From Eledone cirrhosa (Eukaryota), in contig OZ024741.1 in the NCBI GenBank assembly GCA_964016885.1, positions 336,722,001 to 336,786,000 on the forward strand: a stretch of 64,000 bases of DNA, written 5' to 3'. Position numbers and translations under genes: made by a program. This document shows, one piece after another, positions 40,710 through 52,997 of the stretch (its first letter is position 1; each line of letters begins with the position of its first letter). A model generated the notes under the pieces. It made no database searches and was not told the DNA's origin. It saw nothing but the letters and a program-made list of their open reading frames with translations.

Positions 40710-40769
40710 TATACAGGCATGGTTACTATATATAGTAGCCATGCCTGTATATTCCTTTCATTCTCACAA

Positions 40770-40875
40770 GCTCCGAAGAATTGACTGGTTATAATTTTGT
40801 ATTGGTGATGGAATAACGTGAAAACAAGCAGGTAGCGATCTCTAGCCCTACCAGTTCAGAGAAACAATTGTCAGC
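40770..40875 (+). ncRNA. Family C hammerhead homolog with CCGAAGA core variant
   Basis: Homologous to 31167-31274; GAAA-C-AAUU-GUC intact; preceded by the hairpin at 40710-40751. Confidence 0.5.
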
Positions 40876-40928
40876 AATGATATTAAAAACCTTTTTTGTA
40901 TAGCAAACCGTGTCACTCTTCTTTCCTG

Positions 40929-40963
<35 letters not shown>

Positions 40964-41025
40964 CACACACACATACATATTCATGTGTGTGTGTATGTAT
41001 GTGTGTATATATATATATATATATC

Positions 41026-41283
41026 AGGTGATGTGTTGTTTCCTTGAGCAAGACACTTTATTTCACATTGCTCCAGTTTACTCAGCTGTAGAAATGAGAT
41101 GATAGGGACTGGGGTCCATATCATTCCACTGCAAAGTGTTCATGGAGGTGCCATGGCAAAAAAGCACCCAGCACTCACTGTAAATGAGGTTGGTGTTAGG
41201 AAGGGCAGCTGTAAAAATCAAGCCAGAATCAGTTCCCGTCCCACCCCTGCAAGCAGGGAAAAGCGGACGTAAAATGATGATGA
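41026..41283 (+). mobile_element. 5'-truncated CORE-SINE, tail-to-tail with an RTE
   Basis: CORE and tail homology. Confidence 0.78.
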
Positions 41284-41285
41284 TA

Positions 41286-42850
41286 TCATCATCATCATCA
41301 TCATCATCACCGTTTTACGTCTGTTCTTCCATGCTAGTATGGGTTAGACGGGTTGTCCTGTTGTCGGCAGTGTCTGGTCGGCTGACCATGCCTTGCTCAT
41401 ACAGGAACTGATTTTGGCTTGATTTCTACAGCTGGATGCCCTTCCTAACACCAACCTCATTTACAGTGAGTGCTGGGTGCTTTTTTGTCATGGCACCTCC
41501 ACGACCACCTTGCAGTGGGGGCTGGGTGCTTTTTTGCCGTGGCACCTCCACGACCACCTTGTAGGGGGAGGGTGTGGGAGGCATATTGTCTATATGCTTC
41601 GGCTTGTACCCATGGGAGGTCGGGTACTCTGTATTACTGCGTGATGCCAGAGATCACGGTCGTGTCTCATCGCCTTTGAGAGGTGTAATTGGGTAAGGTC
41701 GGCTTTTATCACCTCATCCCAGGTCTTCTTGGGTCTCCCCACTTTGCGCTTTCCATTGACTTCTAGTGCTCTGCACCTTTTTAAGCAGCTGTCATCCTTC
41801 ATACACATCACATGTCCATACCAACGCAACCGCCTCTCCTGCACACAGTATTTGATTCCTCTTATGCTCAGTCTCTCTCTCAATTCATTTATGCTTTGTC
41901 ATTCGCGTATATTACTATTACACATCCATCGGAGCATGCAGGCTTCATTTCTTTCTAATCTACGTAAGTCTTCCACCTTCAGCACCCAGGTCTCACTACC
42001 ATGTAACATTGCCGTTCGGATACACGCATCATACAGTCTGCCTTTCATTTTGAGGGAGAAGCCTTTTGCAGCTAGCAGTGGCAGTAGTTCCCTGAACTTC
42101 TTCCATCCAGTTCTTACCCTAGTTATTGTACTTTCTGGACACCCACCTCTGCTGCTAATTCGGTCACCTAGGTAGCAGAAGCTGTTTACTCTTTCTACAG
42201 AGCCCTCCCAGAGATTGGTGGTACTTGTTTCCTGTGGCTGTTTGCTGCTTGCTGTCCCAGCACAGCTGCTGCATGTGAAGCCTAAATTCTTAATTAAGCT
42301 TCCTGAGATCCCGCTACATCTCTTGTGTACCCATTGTTTGCATTTGGGGCAGAGAATGGAGTTCCTACCTCCACCTTTCCTACATACTGCGCAAGGCTAT
42401 TTCCCTGAGGGGATCTGGGTTCTGTTTTCTCGTCTACTTACAAGGACCTTAGTCTTTGTCATGTTGACTTTGAGACCCTTTCTTTCTAGTCCCTGCTTCC
42501 AAGTTTGGAATTTCTTCTCTAGTTCTACCATAGATTCAGCTATAAGTGCGAGGTCATCAGCATACAGGTGTTCCCATGGGCATCCGGTCTTAAACTCCTC
42601 CGTTATTGCCTGCAGGACTATGATGAACAGGAGAGGGCTAAGAACAGAGCCCTGGTGGACACCAACCTGTACGCTAAATTCCTCGCTATACTCATTGCTA
42701 ATCCTAACTTTGCTGACTGCTCCCCTATACATGGCTTGTACAGCTTTCACAAGCCATTCATCTACTTCTAGTTTTCTAAGAGCCCACCAGATTACAGCAC
42801 ATGGAACTCTGTCAAAGGCTTTCTCGAGATCACCAAATGCCAAGTAGAGT
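41286..42850 (-). mobile_element. RTE LINE lineage 2 fragment
   Basis: DLEKAFDRVP, QGSVLSPLLF and YADD motifs; homologous to 25630-27148. Confidence 0.92.
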
Positions 42851-42907
42851 GTATAGAGTGTATATATAATACCCACACATACATATTCATGTGTGTGTGT
42901 GTATGTA

Positions 42908-44230
42908 TCATCATCATCACCATCATCATCGTTTAACGTCCATTTTCCATGCTAGCATGTGTCTGGACGGGAATTGTCCACTTGAGGCAAGATTGGTTGT
43001 TGACTTAGAGACCCTTTCTTTCTAGTCCCTGCTTCCAAGTTTGGAGGCCCTTCCTAATACCAACCACGTTTACAGTGAGGACTGGGAGGTTTTTACCATG
43101 TTACCTACACGCACATTACAGCGTGGACTGTGTTTTTTTTTGTTGTGACACCTACACGACCTCATTTGTTTCGGACTGGATGTTGTGGTACCAACATAAT
43201 TTCACATTTTAGGGGGTGGTGTGGATAGGGTGGGGGTAGTGGATTGGGGTGTATTTTGTTAGAGGTGCCTACTGACTGTAGGTTTCGCTTTGTACTTACG
43301 TAAGGCGGGTTTTCTGTATTACTGTGTAGCGCCAAAGATCTCAGTCCAGTGACATTGTCTTGGAGAGCTGGAAGTGTGTGAGGTCGGAATTTATCAAGTC
43401 GTCCCAGGTTTTTCTGGGTCTGCCTACTCCGTGGCTACCATCTATTTTTATCGCCCTGCACTTTTTTATACAGCTGTCGTCTTTCATGCGCATCACGTGA
43501 CCGTACCAACGTAGTCTTCTCTCGAGTAAACAACATCTGATCCCTCTTACTCCTAATTTCTCCCTTAGTTCGTTTATGCTTTGCCGTTCACGTATATTAC
43601 TATTACACATCCAGCGGAGCATGCAAGCTTCGTTCCTCTCCAGTCTCCGTATATCCTCTGCACACAATGCCCAGGTCTCACTGCCATGTAACATTGCTGT
43701 TCGTATGCAGGCATCATACAGCCTGCCTTTCATTTTTAGAGAGAACCCTTTAGTGGCCAATAGTGGTATAAGCTCTCTGAACTTTTTCCATCCCGTTCTG
43801 ACTCTAGCTACTATACTTTCAGAGCACCCTCCCCCACTGCTGATTTTGTCACCCAGGTAACGGAAGCTGTCCACTATTTCTATAGAACCATCTGTGCAAT
43901 GGAATGAGCTAGTATTTAATGGGCACTTGCTGCTACTTATTGTACCAGAGCACCGGCCACATATAAAATCTATATTCTTAGTTAGCTTACCAGTGATCCC
44001 ACTACATCTTTTATGCACCCATACTTTGCATTTGGGACATAAAATGGAGTTTCTACCTACTCCTTTCCTACACACTGAGCATGGCCATTTCCCAGATGGG
44101 ACCGGTGCCCTATTTTCCTTCCTACAAACTAGAACTTTAGTCTTAGACAAGTTAACTTTAAGGCCTTTTGATTCTAGGCCATGCTTCCATGTTTGGAATT
44201 TCTTCTCTAGTTCCACCATTGATTCAGCTA
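42908..44230 (-). mobile_element. RTE LINE lineage 3 fragment (292-aa open C-terminal part with a C4HC3 zinc finger)
   Basis: ORF 43341-44219; (GAT)n tail at 42908-42930. Confidence 0.92.
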
Positions 44231-44774
44231 TATATATTTACATACAGAATGCTACCCAAAATAAATACCAACTACATAAAGACACTGCCTATGTACATTT
44301 ATTATTATTATAATCATGAATCACATTTAATGTCCCATAACTTTAACATATCCTTTTTCTGCTCCATCATCTTCCGTTCAATCCAATACTGGATTTACAA
44401 TCACATGACAGTTTTTCTCTCCAATCAAATAGTAGAATGAATATCTGTCAATTACAATGATGTGTGTTCTAGCTATTTCAATCAACAGGAGATGAAACAG
44501 CCTGTTGATGACATTAACGTGGCAGTAGCTGAGCATTCCATAGATGTGTACTCTTTTGCATAATTCTCAGGAAGATTCAGCATGTAATTAGGCTTATCTC
44601 TTGAATTAAGGTACAGTCTATCAGACAGGCTTCTGAACATGTCTCCATCTATCCAATTTTGCTTCGAAGGTTATGGTAAGTAACTCTTGTTTAAGATGCA
44701 CCCAGTGGGATTGAACATGGGACCCATTGATTGAGAAGTGAATATCTTAAACATTTGGCCATGCTACGTCTACA

Positions 44775-45230
44775 ATCAAATGGTAAATTTACGGTCACAT
44801 GACACTTTTTCTCTCCAATCAAATAGCTGATTCACAGCCACGTGATATTTTTCTATCAACCCAAATAATGGATTCACAGTCACATGACCTTTCTCTCCAT
44901 TCAAATAGTAGATTCATAATCATATGATATTCTTTCTCTCCAATCAAATAGTAGATTTATAATCACATGACATTCTTTATCTCCAATCAAATAGTAGATT
45001 TATAATCACGGGACATTCTTTATCTCCAATCAAATAGTAGATTCATAGTCACATGACATTTTTCTCTCCAATCAAATAATGTATTCACAATCACATGACA
45101 TTTTTCTCTCCAATCAAATAATGGATTCACAGTCACATGACATTTTTCTCTCCATCCAAATAAAGGATTCACAATCACATGACATTCTTTCTCTGCAATC
45201 AAATATTGGATTCATAGTCACATGACATGT
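44775..45230. repeat. 42-bp minisatellite (gattcacaatcacatgacatttttctctccaatcaaataatg), ~11 copies
   Basis: 14-aa periodic ORF WREKCHVIVNPLFD; solo units near 21645-21700 and 44380-44432. Confidence 0.88.
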
Positions 45231-45629
45231 ATCAGTGCTTTCACAAACAATCACATGACATGACATATTATTCAAAAAAGAAATTTTTTGTATTTGTTTT
45301 TTGTTTTCAATACTCTCCAGTTACTCTAACTGGAGAGTAACATTATAGAGTAACATAGAAACACATAGGGAGTAATTGGGTCTGTATAGCTGGTGTTGTG
45401 GTGGTGTTGGTGGTGGGAGGATATTGGGGGGGGTAGTGGTGATGGTGGGGGATATGGGGATGGAGGTAGTGGTGGGGGGGATATGGGGGGAGGTAGTGGT
45501 TATGGGGGGATATGGGGGGGGGGGGTCAGTGGTGACGGTGGATGAGAAGAAGAGAAAGACATAAAATACCTGTTACATGTTTTTAATACGTTTCATGTGT
45601 CTGTTTGTTCATATTTGATTTGACATTGT

Positions 45630-46370
45630 TCATACTACTACTCAAGCACATACACACATACACAGACCTAAATATTACCACTCACACACACAAATATTAC
45701 TACTCAAGCACACACACACACTAACATATACTTCCACTCAGACACATATATACTACCATTCAAGCATACACACAGACCCACATACTACCACTCACACATA
45801 CATATACTACCACTCACACACGCATATACTAACTACTACACAAGCACACACATTCACATATACTACTACACAAGCATACACATTTACCCACATTCACATA
45901 TACTACCACTGAAGCACACATACAAACACACACTCACATATGCTACCACTCAAGCACACACACACACACATGCTACCACTGAAGCACATACACACAGACA
46001 CTCATATATACTACCACTTAATCACATACACACTCACATATACTACCACCCAAGCACACACATTCACATATACTACCACTCAAACACACACATATTCACA
46101 CTCACACATACTACCACTCAAGCACACTCACACATATACTGCCACTCAAGCACACACACTCACACATATACTACCACTGAAGCACACACACACACACACA
46201 CTCACATATACTACCACTGAAGCACACACACACACACACTCACATATACTACCACTGAAGCACACACACACTCACATTTACTACCACTGAAGCACACTCA
46301 TTTACATATACTACCAATCATGCACACACACACATACTCACATATGCTACCAAGCACACATACACACATA
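45630..46370. repeat. Degenerate (CA)-rich minisatellite (catatactaccactcaagcacaca)
   Basis: Direct reading. Confidence 0.8.
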
Positions 46371-46922
46371 GATAAAGATCCTCACTGAAACAACAACTCA
46401 AGCACACACACACATATTCAAGCATTCTCACACATTTAAAGATGTGTTATAATTTGAAGGTGATTTAGCTGTTATTTCTAACAAGTCTATCAAACATATA
46501 GAGGCTTATTTGTTTCCTTGTTTCTTTTTTTGTTTTTTTTTTTGTAATCTTCAGTTGAAATTCTTTCATTATCATTACATCCCACTTATTGATGTCAACC
46601 TTTTATATCTATAAAATTGATTATTGATTTTTGATTTCTTCTTCTTCTTCTTCTTCTTCTTCTTCTTCTTCTTCTTCTTCTTTTTCATCTTCCTCCTCCT
46701 CCTCCTCCTCCTCCTCCTCCTCCTCCTCCTCCCTTATCTTAACTTCATCTTTTCATTTCAAAATATGTTTATTTTTCCTTTGTTTTTAATAGAGACATAT
46801 CTTTTGCCATTTCAAAATAAATTCAGCCTGATTTAACTCTTCTTTCACTTGACGAAACAGTTTCAATGAATTCCAAGATAGAAATATATTCTTTAACATA
46901 TAGAAAACAAATCTGTTAGATC

Positions 46923-47117
46923 TATGAGGGTTGGCTGAAAAGTTCATAGATTAACTAAGATACTCTCATGGAATGATCTAATGAGGTTTATTTTTCAACA
47001 TAGTACCTGGAAAGAAATAATGCAATTATTGATAGTTGAAATGAATGCATGCAAGATTTCCCACCCCTAGCATCAATCCTTCAACGTCTGCCTATGAACT
47101 TTTCAGCCGACGACGTA
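46923..47117. mobile_element. Tc1/mariner-type MITE
   Basis: TIR TA-tgagggttggctgaaaagttcatag / ctatgaacttttcagccgacgacg-TA; homolog at 52144-52345 and a partial copy at ~33629. Confidence 0.75.
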
Positions 47118-47260
47118 TATATATATAATGCATATGTAGGAGGTGAGTAAAATTGTAGAACAATAAAACTATGCATATATCAGATAAGTAGCACTCGACA
47201 GTTGGTAGAACTGGAGTATATATAAAGAAGGAATTAAAAGATGGTTAAAAAAGTTCCATA

Positions 47261-47330
47261 TATTTTATTATGCGCATTTCGAAAACAACATCATCCTGGG
47301 ACAAAAATTGTGTTCTCATCAGATAAAATA
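47261..47330 (-). ncRNA. Minimal type I hammerhead ribozyme (family G) inside a fold-back element at ~47130-47455
   Basis: Minus strand: UAUUUUAU CUGAUGA GAACACA..UGUUUUC GAAA U GCGC A UA AUAAAAUA; perfect 8-bp stem I and palindromic loop III; inverted arms 47219-47277 and 47399-47455. Confidence 0.78.
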
Positions 47331-47520
47331 AGGTAACATGATATGAGGCCTAAAACACTTGTGAACAAGAAAGTGTCCAGTCAACATATGTTGACTGGAT
47401 GCGCATAATAAAATATATGGAACTTTTTTAACCATCTTTTAATTTCTTCTTTTTATATATATATATATATATATATATACGATATTAAATAAATGGAAAC
47501 TATATTTATAAAACCATATT

Positions 47521-47585
47521 TATTTCATTATACATATTTCAGGGATACCAAATTAAAATATGGCATGCCTTCGTCAGATAAAATA
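47521..47585 (-). ncRNA. Minimal type I hammerhead (mirror copy in the palindrome)
   Basis: Reverse complement of 47732-47796. Confidence 0.75.
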
Positions 47586-47731
47586 CAATATATAAACAGT
47601 TTTATAAATAATTTTGACGTACCCTATTAGAAGCGACCATTATTTTTGGAGGCTGTCTGGACAGCCTCCAAAAATAATGGTCGCTTCTAATAGGGTACGT
47701 CAAAATTATTTATAAAACTGTTTATATATTG

Positions 47732-47796
47732 TATTTTATCTGACGAAGGCATGCCATATTTTAATTTGGTATCCCTGAAATATGTATAATGAAATA
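47732..47796 (+). ncRNA. Minimal type I hammerhead ribozyme (family H)
   Basis: UAUUUUAU/AUGAAAUA stem I; CUGACGA 47740-47746; AGGCAUGCCA/UGGUAUCCCU stem II; GAAA-U-AUGU-A-UA; AATAAA overlapping the 3' end. Confidence 0.78.
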
Positions 47797-48142
47797 AATA
47801 TGGTTTTATAAATATAGTTTCCATTTATTTAATATCGTATATCTACTCCAAAAACTTGTCGAGTGCTTTATATCAGTTATAAAATATTTACTTGTTGTAT
47901 CCCAACAATTTAAAATAAAACTTTTGCATATATATATATATATATATAAATACTTCGTTTTTTAATTGGTTTTGCAAGATTTCTTATCTGAAAACCTGTG
48001 TTGAAACGGATATTGTTATACTTTGAAAGGGTCATGCTGCCAATAAAAACATGCACCTGTTGGTTGTGAAAAACAATATATATATATATATATAGGTATT
48101 AGTATTGGAGCTCTGAAATAGCGATGTATATATGAAAAAGGA

Positions 48143-48356
48143 TTGATCAACTTTCGTCATATCGGACCGAGGAAACAATGTTTTCGTCGGTCTTTCCAGT
48201 TGTTAGTACTATCTACCGGTCGCAACTCCAGGTAGAAGGAGCAACGTGAAATGAAGTGTCTTGCTCAAGGACATAACACATCGGCCCGTCCAGGAATCGA
48301 ACTCACAACCTCAAGATTGTGAATCCAATTCTCTAACCACTCCGCTACACGCCTTC
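48143..48356 (-). mobile_element. Second CORE-SINE family copy
   Basis: tRNA-like head and ccttgagcaagacactt CORE; different tail (ttgcgacc..gaaagacc..tcggtccgat); homologs at 61098-61350 and 61708-61866. Confidence 0.72.
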
Positions 48357-49384
48357 ATATATGAATGTATGTATAGTATATTTGATAATATACTGTATGT
48401 TTAATTATAAACATTTTGAAGACCATTCGCTATGAATTTTAAAGTAGTGACTACGTCACTTACTTATTCTCAGCAAAAAGAAAGGGGGGTAATCAACAGT
48501 CCTGTTTCTCGCTCGTTAGCAGTTATCCAAACTACTTACCTGTTCGCTTCTGCTGAGAGTTATAGAAGATGGATTCTTATAGAATTTCACTAATGTTGCA
48601 CTCGTGGGAAGTCGAGTCTTTTGTATTACATGTTGACACTCTCGGGTATAATACTATTATCTTGTAAATTTGATTTGATTTGGTCCAGCCGTTTGAGAAT
48701 GCATAGTGTCAACATGTAATTTTTATTTTCATTTGGATTAAAAAAAAATATTTTATCTATAATAACATTTCTATAGAGAACCATAGTAAACCACCACCAC
48801 CATGATGATGACGACAAGTCACATTTTGTATAGAGTGTGAATGTGTCTGTGAGTGTGTTTGTGAGTTCGTTACTACGTAAGTTGCATACACATTATCTTC
48901 ACACACAGACAATTAAACACACACATCTACACATACAGATACATATGTGATGACAAACAGGTGTGCATGAATGTATGTCTGTGTGTGTCTTTCTTATCAT
49001 ATGTATGTGAGTGTATGTGAGAGTGTGGGAGTGAGAGTGTGTGTGAGTGTATGTGAGAATATATGTGTGTACGTTCATTAGGTATGTGGTTAAATACACA
49101 CACACATCTACACATATGTAGCGACTGACCAAAAACGAGGTGAAAAGCTATGTGTGTGTCTGAGTCTTGTACTCTCAGCCGCTTCATGCCATGAAACCAG
49201 GATAAGCACCAGCCAAATGAGCCTTCTGGCTTAAGACAAACTTTAGACTTTAGATATATATATACATACATATGTGGGTGTGTGTATATATATATATATA
49301 TATGTAGATGCATATGTATGTATATATATATATATGTATATATTTGTATGTATATATATATATATATATGTATATATTTGTATG

Positions 49385-49423
<39 letters not shown>

Positions 49424-49428
49424 ATATA

Positions 49429-49456
<28 letters not shown>

Positions 49457-49459
<3 letters not shown>

Positions 49460-50003
49460 TAAGATAAGCAGAACAAGCAACATTTAACCAATTTTTTAAA
49501 ATAAATTAAAAAATATAATATAAATATTTACCTCTTCTAATGGCCCTTACTGATCAGTTTTGCTTTGTAAAACCCCAGAAATCCGATGGATATCTGATGG
49601 GAAACCAAAGCTCATCAGAGAAGCATTTTCCTTTCCTAGGGCTAAAGACCCAGGAACGATAAAATATATGACCTCCTGCCAGCTAATACAGGTCTGAAAG
49701 GTCGTAAAAGTGACCCGTATGTAAACCGGTCCGAAGTAAAAGCGGGAAACCACAGACTTGCTGTCTATAATTACTACTAAAAAATAGCAGCTCAATAGAA
49801 CAACAGATTTGTTCTCTACATAACGGAGAATAATGAATGAAGTTAATATGTCCAAAGATACTAAGTACCCCTAGAAATATATAGGTTGTCTATGATTCAA
49901 GGTTGTTCAATGGTATTAATTTAACATACCAGAACTTAATATTAAGATAAGCAGAACAAGCAAAATTTAACTAATTTTTTAAAATAAATTAAAAATATAA
50001 TAT
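49457..50003 (-). mobile_element. ~483-bp unit with ~64-bp direct terminal repeats and a core-mutated hammerhead (49539-49627)
   Basis: Direct repeats at 49457-49521 and 49940-50003; CUGAUGA, GCUUUG/CAAAGC stem II, AAAA (G12A), C-UGAUCA-GUA. Confidence 0.62.
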
Positions 50004-51323
50004 ATATATGTATATACATACAAATGTGTGTGTGTGTGTGAAACAAGGAAAATTCTAAGATGCCTAATATAATACAACTGAAGTAATAACTCAAACTATT
50101 TTCCATTTTTCAAACCATGACTTTATTGCACCCATTATCATCATTGATAATTGAATTAAATTTTTTGAATATTCCAATTCTGCTATCATTTGTCAAGCTG
50201 TAGTGTTTCACCCCTTTCCCTTTACATTTTGGAAAGCATCCTTCTTTCATCAAAATAACACTGATGACCAGTTCCAATTTACTGTAACATTGGCTAGGAA
50301 TGGTAGCTTTGGCCTACAAAGCATTTGTTTAGTTCCAACTAGAAAGAAATATTGATTCGTTTCAAAGTTCATTGCTAAATGAGTGGAACTGAGTGCAATA
50401 TTTGAGGTCAAAAAATATCATTACCTATTTTCTGTTGTTTGTCAAAACAAATTCTATAAATTTACTTTAATTATGATATTTTTCAAACAGAAAATATTAC
50501 TTTATTGATTAATTCAAGATGAGCTGTCATTATAGTTGTTTTTTTTAACTCCAGGTCAACCCTGTTCAAGCAGATCATCAATTTCTTCATCATCATCATG
50601 TTTTTTACATTCGTATTTCCATGCTTGTATGGGTTTGACAAGTTTTTGCTGCAGACTTTTTTGTCTTTCATCCATTCAAGGTCGATAAAAAAAGTTCCAG
50701 TCATGTACTAGTGTCACTTCTTCCTCATATCTCTTTCTCACTTCCATTCTCTCACTATCCATCCTTCTCGAGAAAAAATTGCCTGGAGAGGAGATGGGCT
50801 CTGCCAGGTTTAAAAATGCCCTAGAAGTGCTGTATGCCAATGCAGTACCCCTATGACTTCCTTGGTAATTACAGATCCATACATATACAACGCTTCTACA
50901 CATTGCATTCCTTTGTCATTTTTTTCTGAGGTTCAGCATTTTGAGATCCATTCTCACTACAACTGTCTAGGTTTTACTTGGCTTTCCTCAACTGCACCTC
51001 CCTTCCACTGGGAGTTTCTACCATGTCTTCACACAATTATATAAGAATCTAATTGAGGTCTACATCATTGAATGTGTACTTCCGCATATTCATTTATTTA
51101 TTTATTTATTATCAAACCCTAGGGTATAATTTGAGGGAAGATTGGCTAATATATTTAGCAGGTCAGGTGACTACATAGAAGCTTTCATGTTGGCTCAGTT
51201 GATAGAAGGCAGATTAAGTAGATGAATATACCTATTATTAATGGTTTCTTATTTAGGCACAAGACCAGTAATTTGATGGGGAGGGAAAGTTGGTTATATC
51301 AATCCCAGTCCTTTACTGGTACT

Positions 51324-51459
51324 CAGGGCCATATTTAGACCTTTGGGACCCGGGGCAGTTCAGGTTTTCAGTACCAAAGGCTGTTCCGAGAAGGGGTCCT
51401 TTTTGACATTGGGTGCCCAGGCATTTGCTTACCCTCCATCCTCAATAAATCCAGCCCTG
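51324..51459. mobile_element. hAT-type MITE inserted into a Nin-SINE
   Basis: TIR cagggccatattta / taaatccagccctg; 8-bp TSD ctggtact / ctggtatt; interrupts the SINE at 51245-51600. Confidence 0.75.
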
Positions 51460-52143
51460 CTGGTATTTCATTTTATCAATCTCAGAGGGATGAAACTCAA
51501 AATTTATCTCAATGGAATTTGAACTTAGAATGTTAAGATCTGGAACAAATAATGCAAAGCTTTTTGTCTGATTCAGTAATGATTTTGCTAATCTACTGTC
51601 TATCTATTATTACTGAATTCACCTATGATTTAAAATTATTAGTAGTTCTGTGCCTTTCCAAATCTTCAGGGGGTGGTTTTGCATGGCAGCCAATTCTCCC
51701 TCAAATCTCACTGTATTCTTTTAAATCAAGAAGGATACATTGGATAATGTTCCCTTTGGTATACAAACAGATGGTATGGCCATGGCTGGAATGGCTGGAA
51801 TGACTATTTTCATAGGACTGTTCAATCGTAACTGCCACAACATTAGGCCATTTTCTGTTAATATTAAGTGAAGGAGAGATAAATACCCTCTTTGATGGGA
51901 TGGAAGATAGAAAGGAGTCTCTTCTAGAGAAAATTTCTCAACTCAGAGGAACTGAACCCAAAAATATCTGCTGGTGGTGAATCACATTTTTGTTTTATTA
52001 ATGTTGAGATGTTGCTACTTATTATGTGAAGGTATTGAACATTAACAAATCTAAACCAAACTCATTCTATCCACAAACTCAAGCAAATACAAACCATAAT
52101 CCTACAACCAGCTCCACTCACATCACACCTGTGGTATGTGACA

Positions 52144-52345
52144 TACAAAGGTTGGCTGAAAAGTTCATAGATTAACCAAGATATTCTTATGGTATGACAA
52201 AATGAGGTTTATTTTTCAACAGAGTCCCTGGAAAGAAACAATGCAGTTATTAATAAGAAAAATTGAAATTAATGTATGCAAAATTTCACAGCTCTAACAT
52301 CACTCCTTCATAGTCAGCTTATGAACTTTTCAGCTCACCCTCGTA
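52144..52345. mobile_element. Tc1/mariner-type MITE
   Basis: TA-flanked TIRs homologous to 46923-47117. Confidence 0.75.
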
Positions 52346-52997
52346 AATTAAAAGTCAAACATGTCCTTCAAAACCATACCCCACCCTCCAATCAAAACAA
52401 CAACCAATCTACACCAATTACAGGTATTGTGGTGATGTACATCAGCAGGCTGCAGCTGCTGTTTTAGTATGTGGTTTCTGACTTTTTAAATGATGATAAT
52501 CAGCATCATTTTTTATGATGACTTTTGACTTTTCTGGGATGAATTGGATGGGATTCTTTGAAGCAAATGTTTTACAGTTGGATGCTCTTTCTGGGACCAA
52601 CCCTTTCTTTTAATCTCTTTCTATGACATGCAGAGATACAGTGCATATAATGTATATAAATCATGAATATAGACCTGTTAGACATTGATCGTTCATTTCA
52701 GTTTTGAATTATTTTCATTTCACATTTGAAAAAAGGGTTATAGCCCTGAAATATTATGTTGAAATATATTGGCTAAAACATTACTTTGTTTTGTTTTATT
52801 TGTCATTCTTTTCCCTTTATATATTTCTACTATACTGTACCAGCTTTCTGAAACTTATCAGTCATTTATAAATATATTTGAATATTTAATATAAGTGATT
52901 TAAAAAATTATTATTTTATAAATTGTCATTTTTCTTCTTTATTTCAGAATTCTTTCCATTTCCAATTTCCAACCAAAAATTAGCCTGTTGGTTGCTG

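Larger units (their letters stand above)
47475..47842. repeat. Essentially perfect 368-bp palindrome (2-nt spacer at 47658-47659)
   Basis: Arms are reverse complements around ggctgtc-tg-gacagcc. Confidence 0.9.

Noticed and set aside
45311-45339. Perfect hairpin tactctccagtta-ctc-taactggagagta as a terminator or miRNA
   Set aside because: Too short and without supporting context; probably a local fold-back duplication
52923-52997. ORF-track start of the 858-aa protein and its read-through to 55499
   Set aside because: The TTG start lies in the intron polypyrimidine tract, and the C-terminal VSCISH... runs past a consensus GTAAGT donor
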